Source: Callorhinchus milii
Lineage: Eukaryota
Reading direction: 5' to 3'
Assembly (NCBI RefSeq): GCF_018977255.1
Contig: NW_024704743.1
Coordinates: 34,722,001-34,786,000 of the forward strand
DNA: 64,000 bases
In this document: positions 50,990-63,538 of the stretch, one piece after another
Layout: each line of letters starts with the position of its first letter
How positions within the stretch are numbered: position 1 is the stretch's first letter
Made by a program: the position numbers and the translations under genes
The notes under the pieces: model-generated
Databases searched by the model: none
What the model was told of the DNA's origin: nothing
Seen by the model: only the letters and a program-made list of their open reading frames with translations

Positions 50990-51800
50990 GCTCTCCCCGC
51001 CCCACCCGCTGACTGCCCCTGAGCACTGCCCCTGACTCCTCACCCTGCACACCTGCTGCCTGCGTCCCGCCCACCCCGTCGGACTGCGCTTGCGCACGGA
51101 CGACAGTACAATGTGAGAGCGGGTGGTGGGAAGAGAGAGAGAGAGAGAGCGCGTGCGCGAGCGGTGGGCACGCCCAGTTGCACGCCGGGATACTGGCGGC
51201 CTCGGCGGCGAGTTGCATGCCGGGATACTGGCGGAGCAGTGGAGTGGGGCGGGAGCGGATGGTGAGAGGAGGAGGCGGCGTCGGCGGCGGTGAAATGGCG
51301 GAGGTTCACAACCAGGAGGAGGAAAAGGAGGACTGGAGCAAGAACGAGCGGCTCACGGCCACCTTGGAGGACGAGTAAGAGATATTATAATGATGATGTG
51401 TATATATATATGTATATATATATTTAAAAAACGATGCAACGGCGGCGGGACGGAGATGAATCGTGTGGTGGTGAAGGAGGGTTTAAAACGTCCCTGAGCG
51501 GCGGGGCCCGCGTGTGGCGGCGCCAGGCCAGGCCAGGCCAGGCCGCGCCAGGCCAGGCCGCGCCGCCCGCTCTTCCTCCCCCCCCCTCGGTCCTGTTTAA
51601 ATAAGACCGCGGAGGCCCCAGCGCTGCTCCCCCACCTCTCCTCGAGTCTTCCCTTCGCTGTGTGTGTGTGTGTGTGTGTGAGCTGCCGGGGTTGACCCGC
51701 TCCCTCCCGGGAGGAGCTGGTGGGGAAGCGGCTGCGCGGCCCCCCGAGCGAGCATGTGAGGAGCAGCCAGGGGAGCCCAGGCCACACTGCCCGCAGAGGC
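50990..51800 (+). promoter_or_regulatory. CpG-island promoter of PRPF4B
   Basis: Sharp CpG/GC enrichment; GC boxes (ccccgccc, ggggcggg); NRF1-like tgcgcttgcgca 51085-51096 and gcgcgtgcgc 51149-51158; two ZNF143/Staf-like sites 51176-51199 and 51211-51234; YY1-like aaatggcg overlapping the ATG. Confidence 0.85.
51295..51374 (+). CDS. PRPF4B: PRP4 kinase, coding exon 1 (MAEVHNQEEEKEDWSKNERLTATLED); in-frame upstream ATGs at 51217 and 51259
   Basis: Strong Kozak gaaATGG inside the CpG island; donor GA|gtaaga in phase 2 joins exon 2 (ga+t = Asp, then MEAENS). Confidence 0.75.
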
Positions 51801-52480
51801 TTTGAAGGCTCTGCTCCTTCCTGCTGCTTTCTCCCCCTCTCTTCATTCCCTTTTACTTTCCATTTCCAAATCCACGCTCTTTAACCTTCGTCCGTTTAAT
51901 AAAATACATTTTTTGTTGTTGTTGTTGTGTTCCTTATTGGTGTGAGGCTTTTCTCTCCTTTCCTACTTCTTTCCTGCTCCTAAATGTCTCCCCCCACCCC
52001 CTCTTGTCCACCCACGTTTTCACTTTTTTTTGAAGGGGTGGAGGGGGAACGAACTGTCTAAAGTTGGCCTCCTCACATCTGAGAGGATTCAGTTATTTTA
52101 AAGTTGCTGGGGGGCCTGGAGAGGATGTAATCTAATAATAATAATCCTTGCATTTAATATAGTGTCTTGTCAAGCCTTTGAGGAGTCTCAAAGAACTTCA
52201 CAGACTATACTGTAAAGTGTAGTGACTGTATTTGGTGGGCCAAACGCAGGAGCCAATTGTGCACAGCAGTGTCCCACAAACCGTTGTGGATTGAGTAATG
52301 ACTGTGCATAGCTGAATTTAGAACAGATTATGGGCTGCAGAGTAGGTAGTAGTAATGCTCTCACATATTTCATGCTGAGCTGTTTTCTTACCAGGAAGCT
52401 TGCAGTGAAGTTTGTACCATTAATGAAGGCTCAAACCCAGGCTTCACGGATGTCAAATGACCAACTGGTGTCTATTTTCC

Positions 52481-53012
52481 GGGGGGGGGGGGGGTAAGTG
52501 GGGTCTCCTTGAAGCTGAACTGGCTCCAAGGTGACGCGTTTTACCAGAATCGAGCCCACTCTCCATGGCGATCTTGGTATTCCAGTTCCTGAGCCAGACA
52601 GGTCTCCAGTTTGCTAAAGCACTGCTGATGGGCTGCACAGTGCAGTGGAGTAAGGAAACTTGCCCAAGGTTTCGCCCTGACCTGCCTGGAATTGAACTCA
52701 GGTCTCTCGCTTGGAAAGCGAGTGCTCTAACCACTGAGTTACAGGACTCCGCAGATTGGACAAGCAGCAGGAGAGCTTGCCAGACAGTGCCATTAATGAG
52801 AAACTATAGGGTTTTAACTGGTTAGACCCATCGGTATCCCAACGCACACTTGGATCCCCAAGCGTTGGATTTTGCCAACTTGCGCCTAATACTTAGGTAA
52901 GCAGGATACATCCCTCCAGGGAGAGTGCACATTCTGTTCCAAGAAGTATCTTTCCATGTGTAAGTGGGATGCATGGAATTCTCCGTTTGGTTTGGATACT
53001 CTTAAACATGAT
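52481..53012 (+). repeat. Unclassified repeat copy 4, with a SINE head (about 52645-52750, -) replacing an internal segment
   Basis: G-run start, gaactggctccaaggtgac.., gcactgctgatg, ttccatgtgtaagtgggatgcatggaa hairpin, ggtttggatactctt. Confidence 0.8.
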
Positions 53013-53269
53013 GAGTTGGGTGTTGAATAATTAGAGCGTTGGAGTTGCACAGTACATAATAATCATTTGTCTTTTTTATCCGCAAAATAAAAAAAACCTT
53101 AGTTTTTTTCATGTGTTAAATGGGATAAAATTGAGGGTTGGGGGAATGGGGTTTTTCCATCAATTCCCTCTTCTCTCCCCCACTCCCCACCAGTAAATTT
53201 GGTGAAAATTGGGATTTATCAAACTCAAAAACAAGCCAGATATGAACACAATCTTTGTGAGCTATTTAT

Positions 53270-53930
53270 AGAAACACAGAAATTTGTGCACAGAAAAAAG
53301 CCATTCAGCCCATTATTCAGCCCATTAAATAGTCACCAGTTGGTCATTTGACATCCGAGAAACCTGGGTTTGAGCCCTCATTAAGTGGCCTGCTCCACCA
53401 GCTATTAGACATTATGAGAGATTTTATTCCATTACTCTATTTTTGCCATACACCTCAATACCTCTACCGTTGAAGTATCTGTCTAGCTATTTAAACAGCC
53501 CGATTGATTCTGCATTGCCACAATCCTCTGAAAAATGAACTGACTGTTTAGTTCTGATTTTAAGGCTATGCAATTGTGAATCTACCTGAAGGAAGAAATG
53601 TCTTCTATCCTGCAAATTCCTTTCATTATTCTAATTAACTCAATTTAACCTCTGTTAACCACCTACATTTAGGAATATAGCCCCAGATACCCTCTGTGGC
53701 TTATATATCCTCCCAAAGATTGAATCCAAAAAACTGAATACAGTACTCCAACTGAGGTCTGACCAGTGCTGTAATTGGAGTAACACCTCCTTAGGCCAGC
53801 ATCCCATTTGCAGTATTGGATATAACGATAATTTAACTTTAGAAATACAGATCAGCTGTGATGCTAACTTAAAAAAAAAATTCATCAGGAGTTATGTCAC
53901 TGTAGTACCACATTCCCAGTCCTCTGCCTG
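53270..53930 (-). mobile_element. CR1-like LINE 3' end
   Basis: gccattcagccca tail motif; cagtactccaactgaggtctgaccagtgc corresponds to the CR1 LVRPQLEY motif on the - strand. Confidence 0.7.
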
Positions 53931-56900
53931 CCACTCCCTTTCACTGATTCTTCCACTTGCACTTTACTCTCTCTGTATCCAATTTTCTATCTCTAGCAAT
54001 AAATTTTAATTGTTAAAATTAGAGCTATAATAAAAATGCTTGGATTTGATACACCTTCTCCCATTGAAATGCGATAAATTGTGATATCAAATCCAAGCAT
54101 TTGCACAAAATTTTCCTTAAAGTGTAATTGTAGATGAATGTGGCAGCCAAGTTGCGCACAGCGATGTCCCTTCCACAAAATAATAGCCACTAAGTGAGAC
54201 ACTTTCAAATCTGGGATTGCTGGTTAGGACATGGGGAGAAGCTCCCTTCTATTTTTGATGCATAAATTAACATCCACCCAAACAGATATGAGACCTTGGT
54301 TTAGCATCTCATCTGAAAGACAGCAATTCCAGCGCTGCACTGTAGTGTCAGCCAAGACTAACTATTAAAAAATCCAATTCCGTGGACGTGTGTGACTTTA
54401 CCACTGATGCTCAAACACAATTAGCAATCCTTGAACACACATCACTATAAAAAATTAATAGCTAATTTATGAAAATAAACAACTTAATTGAATAAAAATC
54501 TAGTTTACTGATTCTTAAAAGTGCACAATTGTTTTATGACAAGTGGAAGTACATTCTTTGTGAGATACTTTTCATAGTTTCACAATTGCTGTGGTAAATA
54601 CATAGTGACATTTTCCATCGGTACTCTCTCCCTACCTTTCTAGCTTTAAAAAGGACTTAAGTATGTTCAACCCCCAAAAGTGGATTATAATGAATGCATT
54701 AATTAATTATTGGCTGTAAAATAGTGATTTGAGGTTACTGATATTAGCGATGAATATAGAAATGAGGGAAATAAGGATTCTATTTCTATAATATTTGTAA
54801 TTCTTCAATTTATTTCTTTTTTAGGTACCACCTGGTACCCCAAAGATGATGAAAATTGATGGAGTTGAGTCTAGCTGTCTTTGGTTGTGGGTGGAGTGCA
54901 GTAGATTCCCAATCTTATCCTTGTCCAATATTTACAATTCCTTATTTTCTAGCAGCAGTAAGGATAATAGGTTTGGGAGACTGGGCCAGTTTCCTGGCTC
55001 AGTCATGTTATGGCCAAGAGTTAAATATATCATCCCCAATTGCTACCACATCTGAGATCAATTTATTCTTCACGTTCAGACCTGCAACATTCTGCTGTAT
55101 ATAGCTTGCCACTGTTCCAAATTATGCCCTTGCCCACTGTTATTGAAGATGTAAAATGCTATTTCATGGAAAGCAGTGAGTAATATCACCATAAGTAAGC
55201 CACAATCCATATTGTAGAATTAATAACTGAGCTAAGATTTAAGAGCTAAAATAAGCCAGTCTTATCTAATAAACAGAGTGTCTTTGGTGTGCTAACATGT
55301 AAACGTCATTGTACAATGGATCTTTTAACATTTGCTTGTCACTAGCTGGTCCCATGACAAACAAATAATTATCCTCTGAGGAGGCAGAGAGAGGTAAGCA
55401 GGGAGCTTTCTGTAGCTGAGTTGGTTACAAGTTAACGTGCCCGGCAATGAAATATGGCTTTTGCCAACCTGGGCCAAATATGATTGGAATCAGGCAAGCC
55501 TGAGTTCATTTCATTGGTGGCGTGCATATATGAAATTCTGCTTTGCACAATTATAGATATCCATAAGCCAGACAGTTAACCAAAAAATATTGTTTAGGCA
55601 AAAGAGAAGCTAGTAATTCACCAATGTAAATGTTTATAGCTGTTTTTGGTACTTTTACTGCAAAATAGTGTACTTAGTGTTTGTCGCCAATATTTGTTCC
55701 AGAACTTATCAGTAACCTTTCTGCATGCACAAAAAGGGAACAGTTGAAGGTTACAATGGGTATTGAACCCTGTTTCCACATATTTATTTTTAAATTTGGA
55801 TTCATATTCCAAATTATAAGGTCTTGCTTATAAAAAAAGTGTAACTTATTTTGGAATTTATAATAGCTGGACGCAGAGTAGAATTTGGTAGTTTGGAACC
55901 GAACACTGATGTGTATCTAATGTCCACATGATTCTGCTTTACAAATATTTGGCTACATTTATTAATGTTCTTCTCACTGTTTGCAAACTAGGAATTGCTT
56001 TCCACTTGTTTATACCCAGGGACATTGGCACGGGTAGGCAAAACCCAAGGCAGGAACCTCAAATTGTACCCGACATGTCTGAAATTCATCCATTTAAAAC
56101 TCAAGCTTATTGTTGCTTGTCTAGGTAATACCACTGTGCATGTTGGAAATTGTACGAGTGCTTATCTGTTGTGAAGAATCTCCTGTTATTTACATACCCA
56201 TTGATAAATTATCCATGCTGACTGTTGACTTGTCTAGCTTATGTATTTGATCACTGTATCCACCACAGCAATTCAATTCTTCTCTATGCCCCTATATTAG
56301 ATCCCGCGCGCCCCCCCACCCCCCCCCCCCCCCCCGCACCCGGAATCTCTGAAGATTACAAATAGGGCACAAACTAATGCATTGCAAACTGACTTCATCC
56401 TTTGAAGGTGCAAAGCTTTAGCGGTATGTCCTTAGCACTCTGCATCCAAACCAGGTAGTTTCCAAACCCTGGATGTGAACCTATGAGTGAGAACCCACAA
56501 TCCAGATAATTTCAGTAACCATTTTTCTAAACTTCACTGTTTTTTCACTGAGTTTTTGTCAAGAATCTTCAGTTAGGCAGATAGGGCACCATGAGATTTT
56601 AGAAGTTTGAGTCTAATGTCTGTTACTTGGTTTGCTGGACAGCAATTACTCAATCCAGGTCGTCATGAGGGGATTTTTTCAAAGTGAAGAGCAAGAGGTT
56701 GTTAAAGGTTGGAGTTTTCCTCCCTGTCGGCCTACTCCTGTGTTACTACTACTTTAACCCACAACCTTGGCCTGGAATGTCCTCAGCTGCAAGGCTTGGA
56801 GCTCTAGTCCGCAATGGAAATGTTTGGACACCCGTTTTAAGAAATTCCAAATTTAAACAGTATTGGTTCAGCGACAAACACCCAAGAGCCTGAGATATTA

Positions 56901-59099
56901 CTCATTCTCAGGCTAATTTTGAATAATTCCAAGTAAAAGTTAGCACCCATTAGGAATATCAATTTGAATATTACTTACAATTCGGACAGAACTACTTATT
57001 AGACAAATTGAAAAAGGCTCCATTTTGTAAAGCTGATTCTGTCCAGATTGTTCTAGTAAGGCTACAGTAAAATTTAAAGAATTATGTTTCAGGTAGTTTA
57101 AACAATTGCCATGTTTTTTTTAATTTGTCGTGTTGAACATTGCTGAGTTTAATCCCATCCCCACAGTAGGTGGGACTTGCGTACCTACTCAAATCTAGCA
57201 AGCAGAGTGATGTCGTCAGAGGAAATGCTTCAAAACTGATTGTTGAAACAGGTTGGAACAACAGCAAATGTTGAGCATTTTAATTTTCTGTTTATGTTTA
57301 TAGAAGATAAAAACAGGAGGAGTTGCAAGAGTCTGGATGTTGAATTTCCAGTACTGCAACAGTGGTGCAAATGTTGCATTCTTTGTCTACTATGCGTTTT
57401 TCTTTCCTGGAGGTTAAGGGTGATGGTGTACTTTCTGGTTATTTTTGCAATATACATGTTGCAATATGCAGCTAGTTTGTTTTATTAGGGAAGGGGGAGG
57501 AAAGAACAGAGTCTTCCAATAATTTTACAATCCATCACAATGTTAAATAAGCATCATTTTTAGGCAGTAGTTTTTATAGCGTAGACTTAATAAAACTAGG
57601 CTGAGTGGTGGTGAAATCCCTTGAGAAATATGGGGATCAGGCAAGCAAAAACATACTTGGAATTTATGGTACAAATAAAGATAGATGATCCAGGTAAGCA
57701 TAACTACGTATAGTTTTTTTTCCTACAGTAGTCTGATATTAGAACAGTGGCAAACAACCATTTTAAGGTGAATTCTGTTTCTAACTATAGTAGTTAGTGC
57801 ACACGGGTTGTACCATAAATAACTAATACAGTAATGGAAAAGCTTTTCTGAACAAATGCTAGCTGCCAAGAGGCTCTTTATGTGTCATGCACTTTGGATA
57901 TAGATTAATAATTAGTTAAAAAGATTCCAGAAACAACAACAAAATTACATTTATAGAGCACCTTTCATGTTGGGAGGACGTCCCAAAGCACAGAAAGATT
58001 GAAATGTGACGCTTTCTCCTTCCCTCACGTGGCTGTGCTTTCAATCACAGTTGTGTAGAATATCAAAGGAGGTACAATAATGTGGGGTAAGACTCTGCTG
58101 CTCAGTTCTCCATCTGTGACAGCAAAGTTTAACTCCAAACAGTAATTTTAAGAAATCCTTGTTTAAGGTGTATTACTGGTTCAAACCAGAAATATGTAGG
58201 TCTTAAGATGAACAAGTTATTTGCACTGAGTCAGTATGCAGTTAGTTGGGCAGAAAAATTGATCTTAGTAGGCAAATGTATGGTAGGTCTGACTAAATGG
58301 ACCTCAGATGTTTAGAAAATATGGGTCTTTCACCGTAGTATTTGTATGGTGGATGAGATGCTCTAAGCTCCATCTTGAAAGACTTAATTATCCTGTACTC
58401 TCTTCCATCTTATCTTGCCATTTTCTTCCAAAAGTGTAGTTATAATTGTTGCATATAACTTGTATTACTTGTGATCCCTCTTCATGTTGAAGGTGGAAGT
58501 TTAACTCCAGGATGCTTGGAGTTAAACCTAAAATGAATTCACTTGACTGTGGAATTTCTATGTGGCCCACCAATACAAATTTCTATTACAATTTTTGGGT
58601 TGGGAATTGCCTAAGTCATATCCATATTAAGTCTTTATTGTCTAGTATGTTCATTAGCTTTAAGTCAGTTTAATCCAGAAAAAAATGTTTAAAACCTTTA
58701 GTGGTTTAGCAGTAAAAATTAGTATTACTGGAGCTATTTTTGATGTTTGCAAGCTTTATTACATTGTGTTTTTTTTCAGGATTAGGACATGGGCTGAAAA
58801 CATTCTTATCATAGACCTGTTTTACAGTGGAAAATCTAGATTGAAAATCAGATTTAAAAGCCAACTTTCTTGTCAGTAACTTGTGATTGCATCATAGATT
58901 CCAATTGCCATATTGTCTAATTTGTCACATTGAGAAACTTTCGCAGGCCACATAAGCAATATAAGATAGGCAAGATCCAAGGCTTGAGAAACCCAGAGTG
59001 TGCATTTTTTTTAGAATTGGATCACCAGGAAACGCATTTCACAAAATAATTGAGTATTATTTTTAATTGCATATGCTGTTATGTTTAAAATATTTAACC

Positions 59100-59505
59100 G
59101 ATCATGGCATAGTGCCAGCCTTAAGTTGGCATCACTCACCTCTGAATCAGAAGATTGTGGTTCAAGCCCAATGAGGGAATTTTAAACTCAGTCTAGTTTG
59201 ACACTTTGGTGAGGTACTGGGGTGTGCTGCATTGTTGGGAGGTGCTGCTCTTCGGATGAGAATGTTAAGACAAGGTCCCGTTGCCTGTTCAAGTGGATGT
59301 TAAAGGTCCCATGATGCTACTCGAAAAGAGAAGGGAATTATTCCCAGTGTCCTGACCAACAATTCCCCAAAATAAAATTACTCACTCACTTCATGGTTGT
59401 TTGGAGGACTTTGTCAGGAAATAGTTTGCCCACCAATACAGTCACCAAACAATTGTTTGAGACATCTTGATGACATAATGAGGCCTATATCAAATGCAAG
59501 TATTA
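59100..59505 (+). mobile_element. Deu-domain-type SINE
   Basis: ctcacctctgaatcagaagattgtggttcaagccc..gaggtgctgctcttcggatgag..tcaaatgcaag. Confidence 0.78.
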
Positions 59506-60008
59506 AGTTAAATTCATAACTCGTTTTTTTCAGCCAGAGTGTGTCAATGAATGTCAAATTGAATTAAGAAGACTGCTTGTTAATGCCATTTTTATGTTAT
59601 TCTTTTGGTAAATGGAATGCCACAGTTAGTAGCAGTCTTGTCTCTGAATCAGCTGCTCATAGTCCAGGCTGATACTCCATTGAGGAAGCTTGTCCTGGCT
59701 TATGATCTTCCAGATCAAATTGGTCATTCTGTTAGCTGTTTGTTGGATATTGCTGGGTGCAAATTGCCTTCCATGTTTGCCTAGACTCTATAATCATTTG
59801 TGACGTGCTTTGAAACATTGATGTGACATAAACAATTGTATCAAATACAAGGATTATTAGTAGACAAAAATCTGTTTAGTAGAAACTGTAAGAAAGATCT
59901 TAGTGAATTTGAATATGCAGTAATATCTTACAGTCTTACTGAGTTTTGATAGTTGAACACACATTACTGAAATACATTTCTAATTTTTTCTAAAAAAATG
60001 TTTTCCAG

Positions 60009-61241
60009 TATGGAAGCTGAAAATTCATCAGAAAAAACTGTAAATGAGGAGAATGGAGAAGTGTCAGAAGAAAATCAAGAACCAGATACAGCTCCAGACA
60101 AACCCATTAAGCACAAGAAAAAGAAACATAAGCATCGGAGTAAACACAAGAAGCATAAGCATTGTTCTGAAGAAGACAAGGATCGAAAGCATAAACATAA
60201 ACACAAGCATAAAAAACATAAAAGGAAAGTGATTGAGGACCCTGAGAAGGAGGATGGCCTCTTAATAAAAAGACCTAAATTTGATGATTATGCTCTCCTA
60301 GAGGATTTGGAGAAACAGAGGGCTATGATAAAAGCTGAATTGGACAGTGAACTGATGGAGGGGAAAGTTCAATCAGGCATGGGTTTAATTCTACAGGGTT
60401 ATGTATCGGACTCTGAGGAAGAGGGGGAAATCCATGAGAAGACACATAATGGTGAGAGAGTTACATCCAGCCGTGATGTTTCTGAAATGTTACCCGTTAG
60501 GGACAACAAAAGCAAACGAGAAACTGCAGAGTCAAAGTCTATTTCAAAGAGACGTAGTAAAAGCAGGTCAAAAGACAGGACTAAACATAGTAAATCAGAG
60601 AAAAAGAAAAGTAAGATAAGTGCAGAGCATAGAAAAGAAAAGGAAAAAACGAGGAGTATGTCGCGTGAGAGAAAACGGTCAAAAAGCCCAGTCAAAAGAA
60701 GCAAGTCCAAAGAAAGATCAAAGAGGTCGCAGTCTCCAACCTCAACTAAAACGCGATCACTGGAAAAGAATAGAAAATCAAAAACTCCTACAGAAGATAG
60801 GAGCAAGTCAAAAGATCGAAAGGCTGTAGCAAATGAAAACAAAGCAAGAGAACGAAATAGGAAATCCAAATCTCCAACCTCAAAAAGAAGTAAGTCAGGA
60901 GAGAGAAATCAGAGATCTAAATCCAGAGATCGGGAGAAGAGGTCAAAGAAATCTGAAGTTGAAAAAGAGAAAAAATCTGTTAAATCTCCATCTAAAGATG
61001 CCTCTTCTGGGAAAGAGAACCGATCACCATTGAGGAAGCCTGCACTTAGCCCTAAAAGAGTAAGCCCTCCTAAATACCGAGAAAAGTTGTCCAAACGCAG
61101 TCGCTCACCTCCAGTAAATGATCGTGCAACCAAATCAATTCAGTCTCCCTCACGGAATAAGTCCCCACCGAGAAGAGCTAAAAGTAGATCTGTGGAAAGG
61201 AGGAGGAGGGATATAGAACGTTCAAGAGCTCCATCACCAAG
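60009..61241 (+). CDS. PRPF4B: PRP4 kinase, coding exon 2 (K/H-rich and RS-rich N-terminal region)
   Basis: HKKKKHKHRSKHKKHKH..LLEDLEKQRAMIKAELDSELMEGKVQSGMGLILQGY.S.SEEEGEI..SPSKDASSGKENRSP is characteristic of PRPF4B; ttttccag| acceptor, AG|gtaatt donor, phase 2-2. Confidence 0.97.
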
Positions 61242-62934
61242 GTAATTCTTTATGATTTTTTTGATGCTATAATTATTGAGAATATGGACTGAAGAGAATT
61301 GCTCTTTGTGAAACTTTCCTGCAATACAAAACATTCTTTCGACCCTTTAATTGACCCTCTAATTACACATTGCCACTCTGTCTCTCATACTTTTAGTCTT
61401 GCCTCATTATTTCTCACATCAATTGCAACCTGGGAGTTGGTTGTCAAGACATACAGTCATTCACACAGTTCAGGATATATTTTGCATTTTCAGGTTGGAG
61501 ATAAAAGTAGTATCTTTGCAAAGGTGGTAAGTAATTTGGACAGTATACTCACCCTGTACTTTTGTGTTTCTGTGCTCTTATGGTGAAAATCTCAATACTG
61601 TGGTCCCAGTGATCTTTCTACAATATTACACTGAATGACGAAGTAAACTTGTTGTTCCTGCCAAACATTTATCTCCTGACGCTCGAGCTTTCTGTACCAC
61701 TTATTGCAGTTGTGTAGCTGGTCTCAATAAATGTCAGCTTTTTAAACTGTTCTTTCAAGGTAAAATGCAGTATGTTAGGTTCCTCCCAGCAGTGAATCTG
61801 AGAATTTAACCAAAACTGTTCAGGCTGGAAGTGTAATATATCACAGTGTTATTAATATCTCTTGACTGGCATGCAATTCATTAAAATCTGGTACTGATGA
61901 GGAAAACTGTTTTTGCTGTAATTATGGCAGTATTCCCATTGGACATTGCTGGAGTATTCATATTGTTCACCAACATCTCTCACTGGCAGAAATGTAATAC
62001 AGTATTACCCCCAGCTTAACCGGTGTTGGAATTCGTACTTAGCTCGACTGAACCCGCAACCTAAACATCAGAAACATTTTTTGCAAACCTACATGTAGAT
62101 CCCCACCCACTCTTCTATCACCGCCCCGGCCTCAGTGGCCTCCCTCAACAAGCTCCATGAACCCATCACCTCCATCCTCGCCTGGCTCCACCGGTGTCTC
62201 ATCCTGCAGAGGATCAAGATCCTAGTTCTCACTTTTAAAGCCCTCCTTTTGAAGCCTCCACCCTACCTTTGCGATTTGCTAAAACCCTCTCTCACTCCAC
62301 TCAGTAGGCACTGGCCGGCTTCATATCCCCACCGCCCTCCCTGCTTGGCCCAACATCGATAGTCGGGCCTTCAACCTTTCTGCCCCACCCTTTGGAACTC
62401 CATCCTATTTCGCCCACAAATATACGGTCAATTCGCTTTACAGTCTATTTTGTAAAGCGCTTTGAGACGTGGAGAAGACAGGAAAAGCTCTATATCAAAT
62501 GCAAGGATTATTATATTTATTATCTTGGAGTCCCTTAGCCTCACCCCTGACCTTGCCTTCCTCTTTAACTGTGCCTTTGGTCATCTTTTGTTTTCTGACT
62601 GGTATATTGTTTCAAATGAAACAAATGTTCTGATGGCCAAAAACCAAGAGTTGAAATTGAAGGATCACAATGGAATAGATCAACATAATGTATATAATAG
62701 CTGCTGTAGTATCATTTGACCAGATACTTTGGCTCAGTATCCACTTGTCCATTATAAAGAATTTTTCCACCACGGCATTTCTGTTTATTTACTGTTTATT
62801 TACTAGGCCTTTTGTATACCGTTAACAAATTGAGATATACAGAACCTAATTGTTGTCTGTGTAGAAGTACATTAGAGTGCATTTTTAAGAATCCAGCCTG
62901 ATTATTCATTGCCATGTTTAGTCATGGCATTAGG

Positions 62935-63223
62935 TCTTTTTACAAGCGAGACACCTGGGTTCAAATCCAGGCAGGTCAGGGCGAAGCCTTGGGCAAGTTT
63001 CCTTCCTCCACACGCCTAATAATAATCCCTCTAAAACAAAACAATAATAAATTGGTCATTTTCAATCCACAACTGTTTGTGGGACATTGCTGTGCGCAAT
63101 TGGCTGCCGCATTTCGCCCACAAATATACAGTCAATTCACTTTACAGTCTATTCTGTGAAGCGCTCTGAGACGTCTAGAAGACGTGAAAAGCGTTATATC
63201 AAATGCAAGGATTATTAATTATT
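62935..63223 (+). mobile_element. tRNA-derived SINE in PRPF4B intron 2
   Basis: caagcgagacacctgggttcaaatcc..ccttgggcaagtttcc..gagacgtctagaagacgtgaaaagcg..gcaaggattatt. Confidence 0.88.
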
Positions 63224-63538
63224 ATCTTCCCTACTCTTGAATCCAACCCCCAGCTCAGTTGCAAACCTTCGACTATCCAGTGCCTTGGAATGTCCTCCCA
63301 AATGAAAAGTGCAATTGACATGAAAGCAATTTGTTGTTGTTGCTGGCCTTCAATGGTCAGGGATATTGACTTTGACCCAGAAATGCCATTTCTGGACTGG
63401 ATCTCACCCCAATTATTCCATCCAGCTAGAGCTTTAGTGTATTGCAACATCACAGCACCAAAAGGCACTGCTTTCAGAAATGCATATCAAAAATTATTTC
63501 AATTGGTGTTATATAATCATTTTTATTGCCATTTTTAG

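Noticed and set aside
59998..60008. ATG start MFSS of the 415-aa ORF
   Set aside because: Lies in the intron's acceptor region (ttttccag); exon 1 supplies the start in matching phase.
60399..60869. 156-aa minus-strand ORF rich in Leu/Phe/Ser
   Set aside because: Antisense shadow of the purine-rich PRPF4B exon 2.
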